Shown piece by piece: positions 25,821-36,628 of a DNA stretch of 64,000 nt; positions within the stretch are counted from its first letter, which is position 1; each line of letters begins with the position of its first letter. The stretch comes from a bacterium (lineage in GTDB: Bacteria; Patescibacteriota; Minisyncoccia; Phycocordibacterales; UBA9973): assembly GCA_037127795.1 (NCBI GenBank), contig JBAXXQ010000001.1, positions 144,252 to 208,251 of the forward strand, written 5' to 3'. Both the position numbers and the translations under genes were made by a program. The notes under the pieces were generated by a model, which was not told the DNA's origin, searched no databases, and saw only the letters and a list, made by a program, of their open reading frames with translations.

Positions 25821-26882
25821 ATGACTGAACAACAAAAAATAAATATAGGCAATAGCACGATTGTCCGCGTTATCTTATTTGTTGTTTTAACCCTTATTTT
25901 ATTGCAAATAAAAGATATTTTGATACTTATTTTGGTATCTATTGTGGTTGCCTCTTTTGTAGAATCTGGGGTATTTTTCTTCAAGCGATTCAAAATCCAG
26001 CGATCTCTTTCTGTACCGATAATTTTTGCTATAGGTATCTCTGTTATTATTGCAGTATTTTATGCATTCGTGCCTATTATTTTTAGAGAGCTCTCAGGAG
26101 TGATCAGTCTTATTTCTAGTTATTTACCATCAAGTGGTACTATTGATTCTCAATCTATAAAAGGTGCAACAAAGTTTGTGGTGAATCTTTCAAACAATGG
26201 CTCACTTACTGATGTGCTTTCAAATATAAAAACAGCAACAGCATCGCTTTCTGAAGGGGTGACTGCAGTGATTGGTAATGCATTTGGTGGGGTAGTGAAT
26301 GCGATATTGGTTACTATTTTGTCATTTTATTTTTCAATACAAGAGCGTGGTATTGTGACATTTCTCCGAATTATAACTCCTACAAAACATGAAAAATATG
26401 TGGTTGGTCTTTGGGCTCGCACACAACAAAAGATTGGGTTATGGTTCCAGGGGCAATTGATGCTTGGAGTAATTGTCGGATCTATTACATTTATTGGTAT
26501 GGCGATTATGGGATTGCAGTATTCATTTCTTATTGGTGTGGTGACAGGTATTGCTGAGATTGTGCCGTTTGGTGTTGTTTTTGCGACAATCCCTGCATTA
26601 CTCTTTGCACTTATTCAGGGCGGTACATTGTTCGCATTCAAAGTCTTGATATTCTATGTCGTACTTCATGAAATAGAAAGCTATGTTCTTAGTCCGCTTA
26701 TCATGCGTCGTGTCGTAGGTATCCCACCACTTGTTGTATTGCTTGCATTTCTTATTGGTATCACACTTGCTGGTTTCTGGGGTGCATTGCTCGCTATTCC
26801 TGTCGCAGTATTTGTCCTTGAATATATGAGTGATGTAGAAAAAAAGAAAAGCTTGCTTGAAATTAAGGAACAGAGTATATAG
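25821..26882 (+). CDS. AI-2E family transporter (PerM/YdiK-like)
   Basis: About eight TM helices, 353 aa, C-terminal region LIGITLAGFWGALLAIPVAVFV is typical of AI-2E/UPF0118. Confidence 0.7.
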   Translation: MTEQQKINIGNSTIVRVILFVVLTLILLQIKDILILILVSIVVASFVESGVFFFKRFKIQRSLSVPIIFAIGISVIIAVFYAFVPIIFRELSGVISLISSYLPSSGTIDSQSIKGATKFVVNLSNNGSLTDVLSNIKTATASLSEGVTAVIGNAFGGVVNAILVTILSFYFSIQERGIVTFLRIITPTKHEKYVVGLWARTQQKIGLWFQGQLMLGVIVGSITFIGMAIMGLQYSFLIGVVTGIAEIVPFGVVFATIPALLFALIQGGTLFAFKVLIFYVVLHEIESYVLSPLIMRRVVGIPPLVVLLAFLIGITLAGFWGALLAIPVAVFVLEYMSDVEKKKSLLEIKEQSI

Positions 26883-26887
26883 TAATT

Positions 26888-28357
26888 ATGGAACAAAAAT
26901 CTTTTTATATAACAACCACATTACCATACGTAAATGCACCATTACACATGGGGCATGCGCTCGAATTCGTCCGTGCCGATACATATGCGCGGTACAAAAA
27001 AAGTCTTGGTTTTGATGTGTATTTTAATACTGGTACTGATGAACATGGGGTAAAAATTTATACCAAAGCACTGGAAGGTGGGCTTGATCCGCAAGAATTT
27101 GTTGATAGAGGCTTTGCGACTTTTCAAGAACAGTTGCAGTCTTTTGGGGTAACAGATGATATTCATTTTATTCGTACTACTGATACAAAGCATATTCGTA
27201 TTGCACAAGATTTTTGGCGTCGCGTACGAGACAATGGATTTTTGTACAAAAAAACATACCATGCAAAATATTGTGTAGGGTGTGAAAGTGAAAAGACCGA
27301 CAGTGAGCTCGATGAGCAAGGATTTTGTCCATTGCATCCTGGTATAGAATTACAACTACTCAATGAAGAAAATTACTTTTTCAAATACAGCGCATTTGGA
27401 GAAAAGCTTTTAGATATGTATGCGCAAAATGCTTCTTTTATTATTCCTGATTTTCGTTATAACGAAATGAAAGAGTTTGTGAAAAGGGGATTGCAAGACT
27501 TTTCTGTATCACGTGTCGTAGAAAAAATGCCATGGGGGATCCCTGTACCAGAAGATGATACACAAGTAATGTATGTATGGTTTGATGCATTAACAAACTA
27601 TATCTCTACATTTGCAGACGATAGTGTACAAACTTTCGATGATTTAATTGCGAGTGAAAATTTTCAAAAATATTGGGTACATGGAAATCCTACACAGTAT
27701 TGTGGAAAGGATAATACGCGATTCCAAGGTATCATGTGGCAAGCAATGCTCTTTGCTGCTGGTATATCATGCTCAAAACAAGTTGTTACCAACGGTTTTG
27801 TTATGGGTGGTGGCGGTATTCGTATGTCAAAAACACTTGGTAATGTTGTGGATCCTCGAGATATCGTAAACGAGTTTGGTACCGATGCGTTGCGATACTT
27901 TTTGTTACGAGAGATTTCTTCTTTTGAAGATAGTCCTTTTACTAAAGAGCGTTTTTGTGATGCCTACAATGCAGGACTTGCAAACGGGCTTGGTAATCTC
28001 ACTGCGCGTATACTTACATTGAGTGAAAAATATCTAGATAAGATTGAAATAGAAAAAATAACTATCCCTGGTATGTATCACACACATATGGAACAATTTG
28101 ATTTGCAAAAAACTATGGAATTTATTTGGTCAGAAATTGGAGCTCTTGATAAATATATCAACGATGAAAAGCCGTTTAGTGTCATAAAGACTGATGAAGA
28201 AAAAGGAAAATTACTTATTCAGCACTGTGTGCAAAAACTTGATGCCATTACAACCATGCTCGTACCATTCCTCCCTGAGACTGCAGAAAAAATCTTATTC
28301 CATATTGCGCAAAATAAGAAACCAGAAATTTCTTTGTTTAATCGTATAGAAAAATAA
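26888..28357 (+). CDS. metG: methionine--tRNA ligase
   Basis: PYVNAPLHMGHALE (HIGH), KMSKTLGNVVDP (KMSKS), connective-peptide cysteines; no C-terminal EMAP domain. Confidence 0.9.
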   Translation: MEQKSFYITTTLPYVNAPLHMGHALEFVRADTYARYKKSLGFDVYFNTGTDEHGVKIYTKALEGGLDPQEFVDRGFATFQEQLQSFGVTDDIHFIRTTDTKHIRIAQDFWRRVRDNGFLYKKTYHAKYCVGCESEKTDSELDEQGFCPLHPGIELQLLNEENYFFKYSAFGEKLLDMYAQNASFIIPDFRYNEMKEFVKRGLQDFSVSRVVEKMPWGIPVPEDDTQVMYVWFDALTNYISTFADDSVQTFDDLIASENFQKYWVHGNPTQYCGKDNTRFQGIMWQAMLFAAGISCSKQVVTNGFVMGGGGIRMSKTLGNVVDPRDIVNEFGTDALRYFLLREISSFEDSPFTKERFCDAYNAGLANGLGNLTARILTLSEKYLDKIEIEKITIPGMYHTHMEQFDLQKTMEFIWSEIGALDKYINDEKPFSVIKTDEEKGKLLIQHCVQKLDAITTMLVPFLPETAEKILFHIAQNKKPEISLFNRIEK

Positions 28358-28358
28358 T

Positions 28359-29141
28359 ATGGAAGTTATTGATACACATTCGCATTTCAACTTGCACCAA
28401 TTTGAGCATGATCAAAGCGATGCGATTGCTCGCATGGTAGAGGGCAGGGTAGGGACATTTTGTGTAGGAGTAGATCTTGAAACAAGCGATATAGCTATGC
28501 GTCTCGCACAAAACTATGAATCTATTTGGAGTATTGTCGGGCAACATCCGACTGAGTGGGAAAAAGAATTCTCAGTTATTGATTTTAAAAAGCTTGCAAC
28601 TTCTCCTCGCGTGGTAGCAATAGGAGAGTGTGGTTTGGATTATTTTAGAGAGCATGATCGTACTGGTATAGAGAAACAAAAAGAATTATTTATTGCACAT
28701 ATTCGTCTTGCACAAGAATACGATTTACCGCTTATGCTACATATACGACCTAGTCCGGGTACGATGAATGCGTATGAGGATGCATTGAAGATACTGTCTA
28801 CATACAAAAAAGAATACCCCAATCTTCGAGGAACAGCACACTTTTTTATAGGTAATACTGATATCGCACAGCAATTTTTGGATTTAGGATTTTATATTTC
28901 TTTTTCTGGGGTCATTACTATTTTCCCTGAGTATGAAAACGTGGTTCGTTTTGTTCCTATAGATCGGATTCTTCCAGAGACTGATGCACCATTTGCTGCA
29001 CCTATACCATACAGAGGGAAGCGCAATGAGCCTGCCTATGTGATAGAGGTAGTACAAAAGATTGCCGAGCTAAAAAACCTCTCCATTGTAGAAACAAAAG
29101 CTATTTTATTACAAAACACAAAAACACTTTTTAATATTTGA
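28359..29141 (+). CDS. tatD: TatD-family metal-dependent DNase
   Basis: N-terminal IDTHSHFN and the typical TIM-barrel hydrolase His/Asp/Glu positions; stop/start overlap with metG. Confidence 0.85.
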   Translation: MEVIDTHSHFNLHQFEHDQSDAIARMVEGRVGTFCVGVDLETSDIAMRLAQNYESIWSIVGQHPTEWEKEFSVIDFKKLATSPRVVAIGECGLDYFREHDRTGIEKQKELFIAHIRLAQEYDLPLMLHIRPSPGTMNAYEDALKILSTYKKEYPNLRGTAHFFIGNTDIAQQFLDLGFYISFSGVITIFPEYENVVRFVPIDRILPETDAPFAAPIPYRGKRNEPAYVIEVVQKIAELKNLSIVETKAILLQNTKTLFNI

Positions 29142-29182
29142 CTTTTACCTCGTAAGGCATAGAATAAGTAAAATTTATTGTT

Positions 29183-29401
29183 ATGGATATATCATACGCA
29201 GTACAAGAGTTAACCTCTCAAGAATTAGCTCAAGAGATTAAAGATGCTATACCAGCTTTTTTGGATAAAATTTCAAATACCAAAGAAAAAGCTAATGCTA
29301 AGAATCTTTTGGAATTACTATCAGAGATTTATGAAAAAATACCTTCACAAAAAGACGATATTGTTGTTCAGGGAACACTTTCGTTTAAAGATGAAGTATA
29401 G
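29183..29401 (+). CDS. small acidic hypothetical protein
   Basis: 72-aa ORF between tatD and rpsF; no motifs; may not be expressed. Confidence 0.3.
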   Translation: MDISYAVQELTSQELAQEIKDAIPAFLDKISNTKEKANAKNLLELLSEIYEKIPSQKDDIVVQGTLSFKDEV

Positions 29402-29576
29402 GGTAATCCTATAAAAGTATTAAAAAGCGCAGTCTATATAGGCTACGCTTTTTTTGTTTACAAAATAAGCTTTTTGCTGTAGTATAGCCCCTGTAGCCCC
29501 CGTTTCCTGCAAAACTATATTTGTGGGACATTGGTCCGAAGCGGGCTCATTTAATAACAAAAAAACCTTTATTTAT

Positions 29577-30065
29577 ATGGAAGAAAATCGTATTTACGAG
29601 CTTGGATACTTGCTCGTACCGACAATCCCAGAAGCTTCTGTTGCAGATGCTGTTGTTGCTCTTACTAAAGTTGTTACAGACAATGGTGGGGTAGTACACA
29701 CACAATCAGACGCAGAATATATCGATCTTACATACACTATCACAGTGGATCACGTAGGAAAGAAAGCAAAATGGGACAGTGCATACTTTGGCTCATTCAA
29801 ATTTGAATTAGACCCAGAAGCTATTGCTGCTGTACAAAAAGCACTTGATGCTAATATGAATATTGTTCGTTACTTGCTTACAAAAACAAGTCTTGATAAC
29901 CAAATAGTGTTCAAAAAGGTAGCAAGTGTTCGTCGTGATGCTAAAAAAGATATCGAAGAAGACCCAATCCTTGCTGAAATTTTGGCAGATGATGCTGAAG
30001 TAGTAGAAGAAGAAGTTGCTCTCGAAGCACATGAACAGCTCCCAGCTCTTGAAATTACAGAGTAA
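29577..30065 (+). CDS. rpsF: 30S ribosomal protein S6 (acidic C-terminal extension)
   Basis: RIYELGYLLVP...VVALTKVVTDNGGVV follows the S6 pattern; lies in the conserved rpsF-ssb-rpsR operon; extended-10 element tgtagtatagcc upstream. Confidence 0.8.
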   Translation: MEENRIYELGYLLVPTIPEASVADAVVALTKVVTDNGGVVHTQSDAEYIDLTYTITVDHVGKKAKWDSAYFGSFKFELDPEAIAAVQKALDANMNIVRYLLTKTSLDNQIVFKKVASVRRDAKKDIEEDPILAEILADDAEVVEEEVALEAHEQLPALEITE

Positions 30066-30134
30066 AAAATCGTATAGACAGTATGGTCGTTCATAGTCTA
30101 TACTTGCAATATACAGACTAATTAAAAAATATAT

Positions 30135-30605
30135 ATGTATCTAAACAAAGTATTTCTTATCGGTAATCTTACTCGTGATCCTGAACTCAAAGCATTACCT
30201 ACTGGTAGCAAAGTTGTTACTATAGGTCTTGCGACAAATCGTACATGGAAAGATCTCAATGGTGCAAAACAAGAAGCTACTGAATATCATAATGTTATTG
30301 CATTTGGTAAGACAGCTGAAATCCTTGCCCAATACTGCAAAAAGGGAAGTTCTCTGTATGTAGAAGGACGAATTCAGACTCGCTCATGGGACGACAAAGA
30401 CGGAAAGAAAAATTACAAAACAGAAATTGTTATTGATAATTTCCAATTCGGTCCAAAGGCTGGTGGTGCTCCAATGGGGCAATCATCTCCAAGTCCTATG
30501 GCAAGTGTAAGTGATGCAGAGGCTCCTCAAAAAAGCGCTGCGGCAGATCTTGATACTGTAGAGTACCCAGAAGAAGAAATAAACTTAGAAGATATTCCAT
30601 TCTAA
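30135..30605 (+). CDS. ssb: single-stranded DNA-binding protein
   Basis: OB fold ([37 protein letters not shown]...[12 protein letters not shown]) and the C-terminal acidic DIPF tail. Confidence 0.9.
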   Translation: MYLNKVFLIGNLTRDPELKALPTGSKVVTIGLATNRTWKDLNGAKQEATEYHNVIAFGKTAEILAQYCKKGSSLYVEGRIQTRSWDDKDGKKNYKTEIVIDNFQFGPKAGGAPMGQSSPSPMASVSDAEAPQKSAAADLDTVEYPEEEINLEDIPF

Positions 30606-30609
30606 ATAT

Positions 30610-30810
30610 ATGAAACAAGATTATTTTAACGCAAACAATATTCGCTTTATCGACTACAAAGATATTGAGAATTTGAAGCGATTCACCAATCCAAACGGTC
30701 GAATCCTTCCTCGTAAGCGTACAGGCCTCACTGCAAAGAACCAACGTTCTCTCGCAGAAGCTATTAAAAGAGCTCGCTTTATGGCATTGCTCCCATACGT
30801 AGCAAACTAA
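30610..30810 (+). CDS. rpsR: 30S ribosomal protein S18
   Basis: [51 protein letters not shown]. Confidence 0.9.
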   Translation: MKQDYFNANNIRFIDYKDIENLKRFTNPNGRILPRKRTGLTAKNQRSLAEAIKRARFMALLPYVAN

Positions 30811-30825
30811 TTGTATACGTAATAA

Positions 30826-30858
30826 AAAACCTCCGTCATTTGACGGAGGTTTTTTATT
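30826..30858. terminator. bidirectional terminator between rpsR and efp
   Basis: aaaaaacctccgtcatttgacggaggtttttta, with A/T tracts on both sides. Confidence 0.75.
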
Positions 30859-30865
30859 TTATTAC

Positions 30866-31461
30866 TTAGAAACTAGAACCAACACGTTCTGAGTATTCAC
30901 CAGTTTCGGTATTTACTCGGATAGTCTCACCGATATCGATGAAGAGGGGAACGTTTATGGTTGCACCTGTTTCAAGTGTTGCTACTTTGTTGCCACCTGT
31001 TGCGGTGTTACCTTTGATACTTGGTGGAGCATCAGTTACCTTGAGCTCTACTTTGATAGGTGTTTTTACACCGATAGCAATTTCTTCATCATCTTCATCT
31101 GTGAAGACAATAAGCTCTATCTCACTATTTGCTTTGATGAATCGCATTTTGTCTCCTGCGATTTCAGCTTTTATAGCAAAACGCTTACTAGGGTCTTTGA
31201 TTTCAGAGCACCATACTTCACCTTTTGCAGTATAAAGGTATTTGACCATCTTGTTTGAGATGTCTGCTTCTTCTACCTTTTCTGATGATCCGAATGAGAT
31301 TTCTGCAACACGTCCTGTAAGGAGGTTTTTGATCTTTGTTGCATTAACCGGTTTTCGTTGTTGTTTGCGGAACACATGTGAAGAAATAACTTCATATGGT
31401 GCACCATCATACATAATAATCTTTCTTTCGCGTACTTCGTTGTATTCTAACATTGCCATAG
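30866..31461 (-). CDS. efp: elongation factor P
   Basis: MAMLEYNEVRERKIIMYDGAPYEVISSHVFRKQQRKPVNATKIKNLLTGRV; start placed at the MAMLEY Met for a typical EF-P length. Confidence 0.9.
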
Positions 31462-31527
31462 GATTCGATTGTATATGATTTTTATAAAAAGTCCAAGGGT
31501 GGGGGAGCAGTGCATATTTTAGACAGA

Positions 31528-31902
31528 TTATTCTTCTATTTCTGTACCCCAACCGTCATACATTCCATTATACTGTTTTGCGATTTGTTGAAATTCCTGT
31601 CTAATATTTTGTAGTATTTGCAAATTAGGTTTCATTTCTATCACGATTTGACAGGTAATATATGGAGGCTGAGTTGTCTTTATTTCGATAATGCGACCTT
31701 CTTTTTGTAAGACTACTTTTGCTTTCTCAGCATCTTCTTGGGTAGTGAAATATAAAAAGAAGTCTATAGTATGAGGTTTTGTTATATTTGAACCTGCTTT
31801 TATTAAATGAGATAAAACCATTTCATCAGGGTCTTGAGTTTTTACTTCTTTTTTCTTAAATAGATTAAACATTTTATTAGTGATTGTGTTATTCTGCAGC
31901 AC
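31528..31902 (-). CDS. hypothetical protein (possible RraB-like regulator domain)
   Basis: 124 aa; [24 protein letters not shown]...DGWG resembles the RraB/YjgD family; weak. Confidence 0.35.
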   Translation of the reverse strand: MLQNNTITNKMFNLFKKKEVKTQDPDEMVLSHLIKAGSNITKPHTIDFFLYFTTQEDAEKAKVVLQKEGRIIEIKTTQPPYITCQIVIEMKPNLQILQNIRQEFQQIAKQYNGMYDGWGTEIEE

Positions 31903-33010
31903 TCTCCATAACTACCTCTTTCATACGCTTGCGTACATCTTTGAGGATTTGTTCACGGATTTTTGGATTCTCTCGCATAAATATACGTGATGCGTCATAG
32001 CCACGACCGAGTTTGATCTCCGATTCGTCTATGTCTGTACCATCTTCATTTTTTGCAGCTTTTGATTTTTTACCTTCAGCCCCTTCTTTTTCTTTTTTTG
32101 CGGCAGCAGAAGCAGGGAAGTATGAGTATGAGGTACCACTCTTTTTAATAACTTCGAGTTTTTCACCGAGGGCGAGGAGCTCTCCTTCGAGAGATATACC
32201 TTCTCCATATATGATATCAAACTCTGTTTGTTTGAATGGTGCGGCGACTTTGTTTTTGACGACTTTGACACGAGTACGACTTCCCACCACTTCTTCACCT
32301 TTTTTAATTTGTGCTATACGACGAATATCAAGACGGATAGAAGTATAGAATTTGAGCGCCTTACCACCTGGAGTAGTTTCAGGATTACCAAACATCACTC
32401 CGATTTGCATACGAATTTGGTTGATGAAGATAACAATAGTCTTTGATTTGTGTACGATAGCAGTGAGCTTACGGAGTGCTTGAGACATAAGACGTGCTTG
32501 CTTACCTACGTGCTGTGCACCCATATCTCCTTCGATTTCATCTTTTGGAGTAAGTGCTGCTACTGAGTCCACTACAATAACATCAATTTTTCCACTTCGT
32601 ACGAGTGACTCACAGATTTCAAGACCTTGTTCTCCAGTATCTGGTTGAGAAATAAGGAGTTCGTTTATCTTAACCCCGATATTCTTTGCATATTCAGGAT
32701 CCATAGCGTGTTCTGCGTCGATATACGCTGCGATACCGCCGAGCTTTTGTGCTTCTGCGACGATATGTAATGCGAGTGTTGTTTTACCAGATGATTCTGG
32801 GCCAAAGATTTCAATAATACGACCGCGAGGCATACCTCCGATACCAAGAGCAATATCGAGACCTATTGAGCCAGTAGGGACCACGCTGATATCTACTTTA
32901 GGTGATTCGCCGAGCTTCATGATTGCGCCTTCACCAAATTTTGTTTGAATACTTTTGATTGTGTCTTCGATTGATTGATTATTTTCTTTTGGTACTTTTA
33001 CTTTTGCCAT
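31889..33010 (-). CDS. recA: recombinase RecA
   Basis: Walker [14 protein letters not shown]1/L2 loops, conserved core throughout; a C-terminal K/E/A-rich low-complexity insert lies before the terminal helix. Confidence 0.95.
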   Translation of the reverse strand: MAKVKVPKENNQSIEDTIKSIQTKFGEGAIMKLGESPKVDISVVPTGSIGLDIALGIGGMPRGRIIEIFGPESSGKTTLALHIVAEAQKLGGIAAYIDAEHAMDPEYAKNIGVKINELLISQPDTGEQGLEICESLVRSGKIDVIVVDSVAALTPKDEIEGDMGAQHVGKQARLMSQALRKLTAIVHKSKTIVIFINQIRMQIGVMFGNPETTPGGKALKFYTSIRLDIRRIAQIKKGEEVVGSRTRVKVVKNKVAAPFKQTEFDIIYGEGISLEGELLALGEKLEVIKKSGTSYSYFPASAAAKKEKEGAEGKKSKAAKNEDGTDIDESEIKLGRGYDASRIFMRENPKIREQILKDVRKRMKEVVMESAAE

Positions 33011-33024
33011 ATATGTAATGTAAA

Positions 33025-33426
33025 TTAATTTTTCTGAATATCTCCGTTTGTACTTTTTTCTGGTATAGCTGCTACTTTGGTAGGGGGAGCATCCACCAAA
33101 TGATATTCTTTTGTAGTTTTTTTATTGAAAGAGTCGATAGTTGAAACTTCAATGATATTGTATCCAGGAGAAAGGAGTACTTCATCTTTGAAATGTCCTG
33201 CAGTATCTATAGCGACTGGGTGCTGGTTGATTGTTACTGATTTTACTTTTGGTGCGTAGCCTTCGATAGGGAGGGTGCTGTCTGTGATAGTACTACCATC
33301 TGGGGCGATAGTTACAGAGAGCTTTGCACCAAAGAGCGCGTCTTTACTGTTGTGATAAATAAACCCTATAGTCAAAACACCTAGTGTGATCCCGATTATT
33401 TTTTTATAGCAGAGTTGTTTTTTCAT
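33025..33426 (-). CDS. hypothetical secreted or membrane-anchored protein
   Basis: 133 aa with N-terminal hydrophobic segment [15 protein letters not shown]; no motifs. Confidence 0.4.
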   Translation of the reverse strand: MKKQLCYKKIIGITLGVLTIGFIYHNSKDALFGAKLSVTIAPDGSTITDSTLPIEGYAPKVKSVTINQHPVAIDTAGHFKDEVLLSPGYNIIEVSTIDSFNKKTTKEYHLVDAPPTKVAAIPEKSTNGDIQKN

Positions 33427-33429
33427 ATA

Positions 33430-35634
33430 TTATAGCCCCATCTCTTCTGCTAATGCATCACTTGCGCTATGTTTCAACCCTGTTTCGAGGACTTCACGAG
33501 GTTTCGCACCATCAGAAGGTCCTATTACACCGCGTTCCTCAAGCATATCCATAAGACGTGCTGCACGAGCGTAGCCAACCTTTAGTTTGCGTTGAATATA
33601 TGAAGTACTTCCTTTTCCAGCTTCTATCACACATGCACGGGCGTCTTCATAGAGCTCGTCGTCATCGTCACTACCACCAGAGCCACCACCGAGATCTTCT
33701 GACCACATAGTCTTGTCTGCGGTGATATTACCAGTGAGCTCTATCATATCTCGGATGTCGTCACGATATTCTTCTTTGAGGTATGCAACAATATTTTTTA
33801 CTTCATCTTCAGAAATATATGCACTTTGGAGACGTTCTGGTTGTCCGTCGCCACCTACCACTGCAAGCATATCTCCTTGTCCAAGCAATTTTTCAGCACC
33901 TCCTGCATCCAAGATAGTACGAGAGTCGATTTGTGTAGGCACACGGAGCGCGATACGAGATGGTACGTTTGCCTTGATAAGACCAGTAATAACGTTCACC
34001 TCAGGGCGCTGTGTAGAAAGGATAAGGTGTATACCCACCGCTCGAGACATTTGGGCGAGGCGGACAATAGCAGCTTCGAGTTCTCGAGGGTATGCCTGCA
34101 TGATATCTGCGAGCTCATCAATAATGATCACGATATATGGCATACGTTCGAGTTGTTCTTCTTCAGACTTACCTTTATTTTTTTCAACAAGTTTGTGATA
34201 TGAAGTGATGTCACGTACTGAATGACCTTCGAGGATATCATATCGACGATTCATTTCACTTGCTGCCCATTTCAAAGAAAGAATAGCTTTCTTGGGTTCT
34301 GTAATAACAGGGGTGAGAAGGTGGGGGATGCCATTGTAGAGGGTAAGCTCAACACGTTTTGGATCGACAAAAATAAATCGCAATTCGTCTGGTCCGTGTT
34401 TGTACAAGAGAGATGCGATGATTGCGTGGATGGTTACAGACTTACCAGAGCCGGTGGTACCAGCGATAAGCAAGTGAGGCATTTTTGCAATACTCTTGAA
34501 TGATCCTTTTCCAGAAATATTTCGTCCAACAGCAGCAAGGAGAGGGATAGGGCTGTCGTGGAAATTGGGGTCAGAAAGAAGGTTTGCAAGACCGACAGTA
34601 GACTTGGTCTTGTTTGGGATTTCGATACCTACAAGACTCTTGCCTGGGATAGGTGCTTCGATACGGATAGGGTGTGCGGCGAGGGCCAAAGCGAGGTCGC
34701 TTTGGAGTCCCACGATACGAGAAAGTTTGACCCCTTGTGCAGGTTTGAGGGCGTATCGGGTCACTGTAGGGCCGATGGTTACTTCGTCCATTTCTACCTC
34801 AATACCGAAGTTCAAAAGAGTGCGTCTGATGATGTTCGCATTGGCTTTTACATCACCCACATTGGCCTTACCTTTATCCTTTTCGAGGAGGGTAAGAGGG
34901 GGTGGTGTATAGGCTTCATCTCCAGAAGAATTTTTCTTTTTAAAGAGGCTTATATTGAGGAGAGAATCGGCGTTGTTTGAGTCGTTGATAACCATCTCTT
35001 TTTTGACCTCTTTTTTAGGTGGTACAGGTGCTTCGTCGAGGGCGAGTTCTGCTGCAGAAATTGTCTGTGCTTGTTCCTCTTCTTCAACCTCTTCCTCGTC
35101 CTCTTTTTTGAACTCAGGAAGAGTTATTTTTGTACCTCGAATCTTCTCCCAAAGGGCTATCAGATTTGGGCTGCGATCAAAGAAGAAAATGAATGAGGTG
35201 ATAGATAATACTCCGAGTACAAGGAAGGCGAATGTAGTATCAAAAAACATACTTGCCCCTGTTGCTATGCCACTACCAATAAGACCGCCCCAGCTCGCAC
35301 TATAGAGTGCAGAGAGTCCTAATATAGAGATCATACCGAGCGATAGGGATACCCATTCTTTTACACTAGCCTCAATACGACGCTTTCTCATAACCAAGAT
35401 ACCTCCAGTAATAAGCCCGATAGGGACGATAATACTCTCTACACCCAGGAGCCCCCAGAGGGCTTGTTTACAAGTAAATCCTACAACACCAGCTCCACCA
35501 AAAAGGCCCCCTAGAGATACTGCCCCTACAAGAGTAAGTCCCAATCCTGCTACTACATGATTGGTTTCTCTGGTAGGAGGAAGCTCTTTTTGTGCGTTTT
35601 GTTTACTTTGTTTTATTTCAGGTTTTTTAGCCAT
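33430..35634 (-). CDS. ftsK: DNA translocase FtsK/SpoIIIE
   Basis: N-terminal TM domain, acidic linker, motor domain with Walker A LIAGTTGSGKSV and a C-terminal gamma-domain-like wHTH. Confidence 0.9.
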   Translation of the reverse strand: MAKKPEIKQSKQNAQKELPPTRETNHVVAGLGLTLVGAVSLGGLFGGAGVVGFTCKQALWGLLGVESIIVPIGLITGGILVMRKRRIEASVKEWVSLSLGMISILGLSALYSASWGGLIGSGIATGASMFFDTTFAFLVLGVLSITSFIFFFDRSPNLIALWEKIRGTKITLPEFKKEDEEEVEEEEQAQTISAAELALDEAPVPPKKEVKKEMVINDSNNADSLLNISLFKKKNSSGDEAYTPPPLTLLEKDKGKANVGDVKANANIIRRTLLNFGIEVEMDEVTIGPTVTRYALKPAQGVKLSRIVGLQSDLALALAAHPIRIEAPIPGKSLVGIEIPNKTKSTVGLANLLSDPNFHDSPIPLLAAVGRNISGKGSFKSIAKMPHLLIAGTTGSGKSVTIHAIIASLLYKHGPDELRFIFVDPKRVELTLYNGIPHLLTPVITEPKKAILSLKWAASEMNRRYDILEGHSVRDITSYHKLVEKNKGKSEEEQLERMPYIVIIIDELADIMQAYPRELEAAIVRLAQMSRAVGIHLILSTQRPEVNVITGLIKANVPSRIALRVPTQIDSRTILDAGGAEKLLGQGDMLAVVGGDGQPERLQSAYISEDEVKNIVAYLKEEYRDDIRDMIELTGNITADKTMWSEDLGGGSGGSDDDDELYEDARACVIEAGKGSTSYIQRKLKVGYARAARLMDMLEERGVIGPSDGAKPREVLETGLKHSASDALAEEMGL

Positions 35635-35721
35635 ATTGTGTGTAAATACAGTATCTAGTATATCACGAAGAAAATCTAAAAACCATTATAAATAAAGACT
35701 TATTTGAACACGGGACACTCT

Positions 35722-35752
35722 CTTGTGGCAAACGACAAAGTCGTTTATACTC
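35722..35752 (+). promoter_or_regulatory. promoter with an embedded 17-bp perfect palindrome (putative operator)
   Basis: TTGTGG-caAAACGACAAAGTCGTTT-ATACT: the palindrome AAACGACAAAGTCGTTT fills the spacer; a second half-site taAAACGACAAt lies at 35792-35803, just before the ATG at 35810. Confidence 0.5.
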
Positions 35753-35809
35753 ACCCCAGAAGTTTTCTCTCGTAAAGGACATTATTAGAATATAAACGAC
35801 AATATCAAG

Positions 35810-36511
35810 ATGTACTCATACTCAAATAAAACAAAGAAAGAAGGCGTTTTTATAACCGACACAAAAGGACATAAACTTGTGGCGGCTATTCATATGGTGA
35901 CAAATCATATTCCAGATACTGCGCCACTCAAGCATCATGTACGTGAGCTTGCTATTCTTTGTGTCCGAGAGAGAGATACTGATATCAAGATTCACCACTG
36001 CCGCTCACTCATAACCCTCCTTGAAGCTGCCTCATTTATGAAGCAGATATCTCATAAAAATGTTTCTGTTATTGTGTATGAACTTCGTCGCTTTGTGTCT
36101 CCTGAGACAGAAGAGATAGACTCTGTATCTGGTATGTTTACAGAGGATCAGTCTGGTCCTGTGCTCATGTCTCCATACAAAAAGACCACACCAAAAATGT
36201 CGGTTAATACCCCTAAGGTCCAAGATAACAAGATTCATCAAAATAGCCCATTCGTACAGAAGCTGCTCGAGCGCAAAGATGTCGTTTCTGAAAGTGCTTA
36301 TTTAGATGATGTTTCAGATAAAAAAGATAAGAGAAAAGATGACATAATGTCGTTTATAAATAGCCGCCAAGAAACCAGTCTAAAAGACATCCAGGGGCTC
36401 TATCCGACACTATCAGAAAAGACCATTCAACGCGATCTTTTGGCACTCCTCGCAGAGGACAAAATTGCTAAGCAGGGGAGCAAAAGATGGAGTCTGTATC
36501 TCCCTCGGTAA
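35810..36511 (+). CDS. hypothetical protein with C-terminal winged-helix DNA-binding domain (putative transcriptional regulator)
   Basis: C-terminal SLKDIQGLYPTLSEKTIQRDLLALLAEDKIAKQGSKRWSLY resembles DeoR/MarR-like wHTH; N-terminal domain unassigned. Confidence 0.45.
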   Translation: MYSYSNKTKKEGVFITDTKGHKLVAAIHMVTNHIPDTAPLKHHVRELAILCVRERDTDIKIHHCRSLITLLEAASFMKQISHKNVSVIVYELRRFVSPETEEIDSVSGMFTEDQSGPVLMSPYKKTTPKMSVNTPKVQDNKIHQNSPFVQKLLERKDVVSESAYLDDVSDKKDKRKDDIMSFINSRQETSLKDIQGLYPTLSEKTIQRDLLALLAEDKIAKQGSKRWSLYLPR

Positions 36512-36612
36512 TACCTACTAAATTGTAATAAAACCCATACTAGCTCGTCTTCTTTTATAGGTGGCTTTCCACACATTCTTTATGAGCATTTGCTATGCAC
36601 TATGCAAAGTTT

Positions 36613-36628
36613 ATGGTAGTATAGAAAG
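36613..36628 (+). promoter_or_regulatory. extended -10 promoter (tatGGTAGTATag) starting a long leader
   Basis: Same TGGTAGTAT element as other promoters here; lies about 400 nt upstream of the 37031 ATG. Confidence 0.4.

Noticed and set aside
33713-35305. Plus-strand ORFs of 93-161 aa (33713-34198, 33826-34203, 34222-34503, 34496-34912, 34558-34980, 34955-35305)
   Set aside because: All are antisense to ftsK, whose conserved motor domain spans this region.
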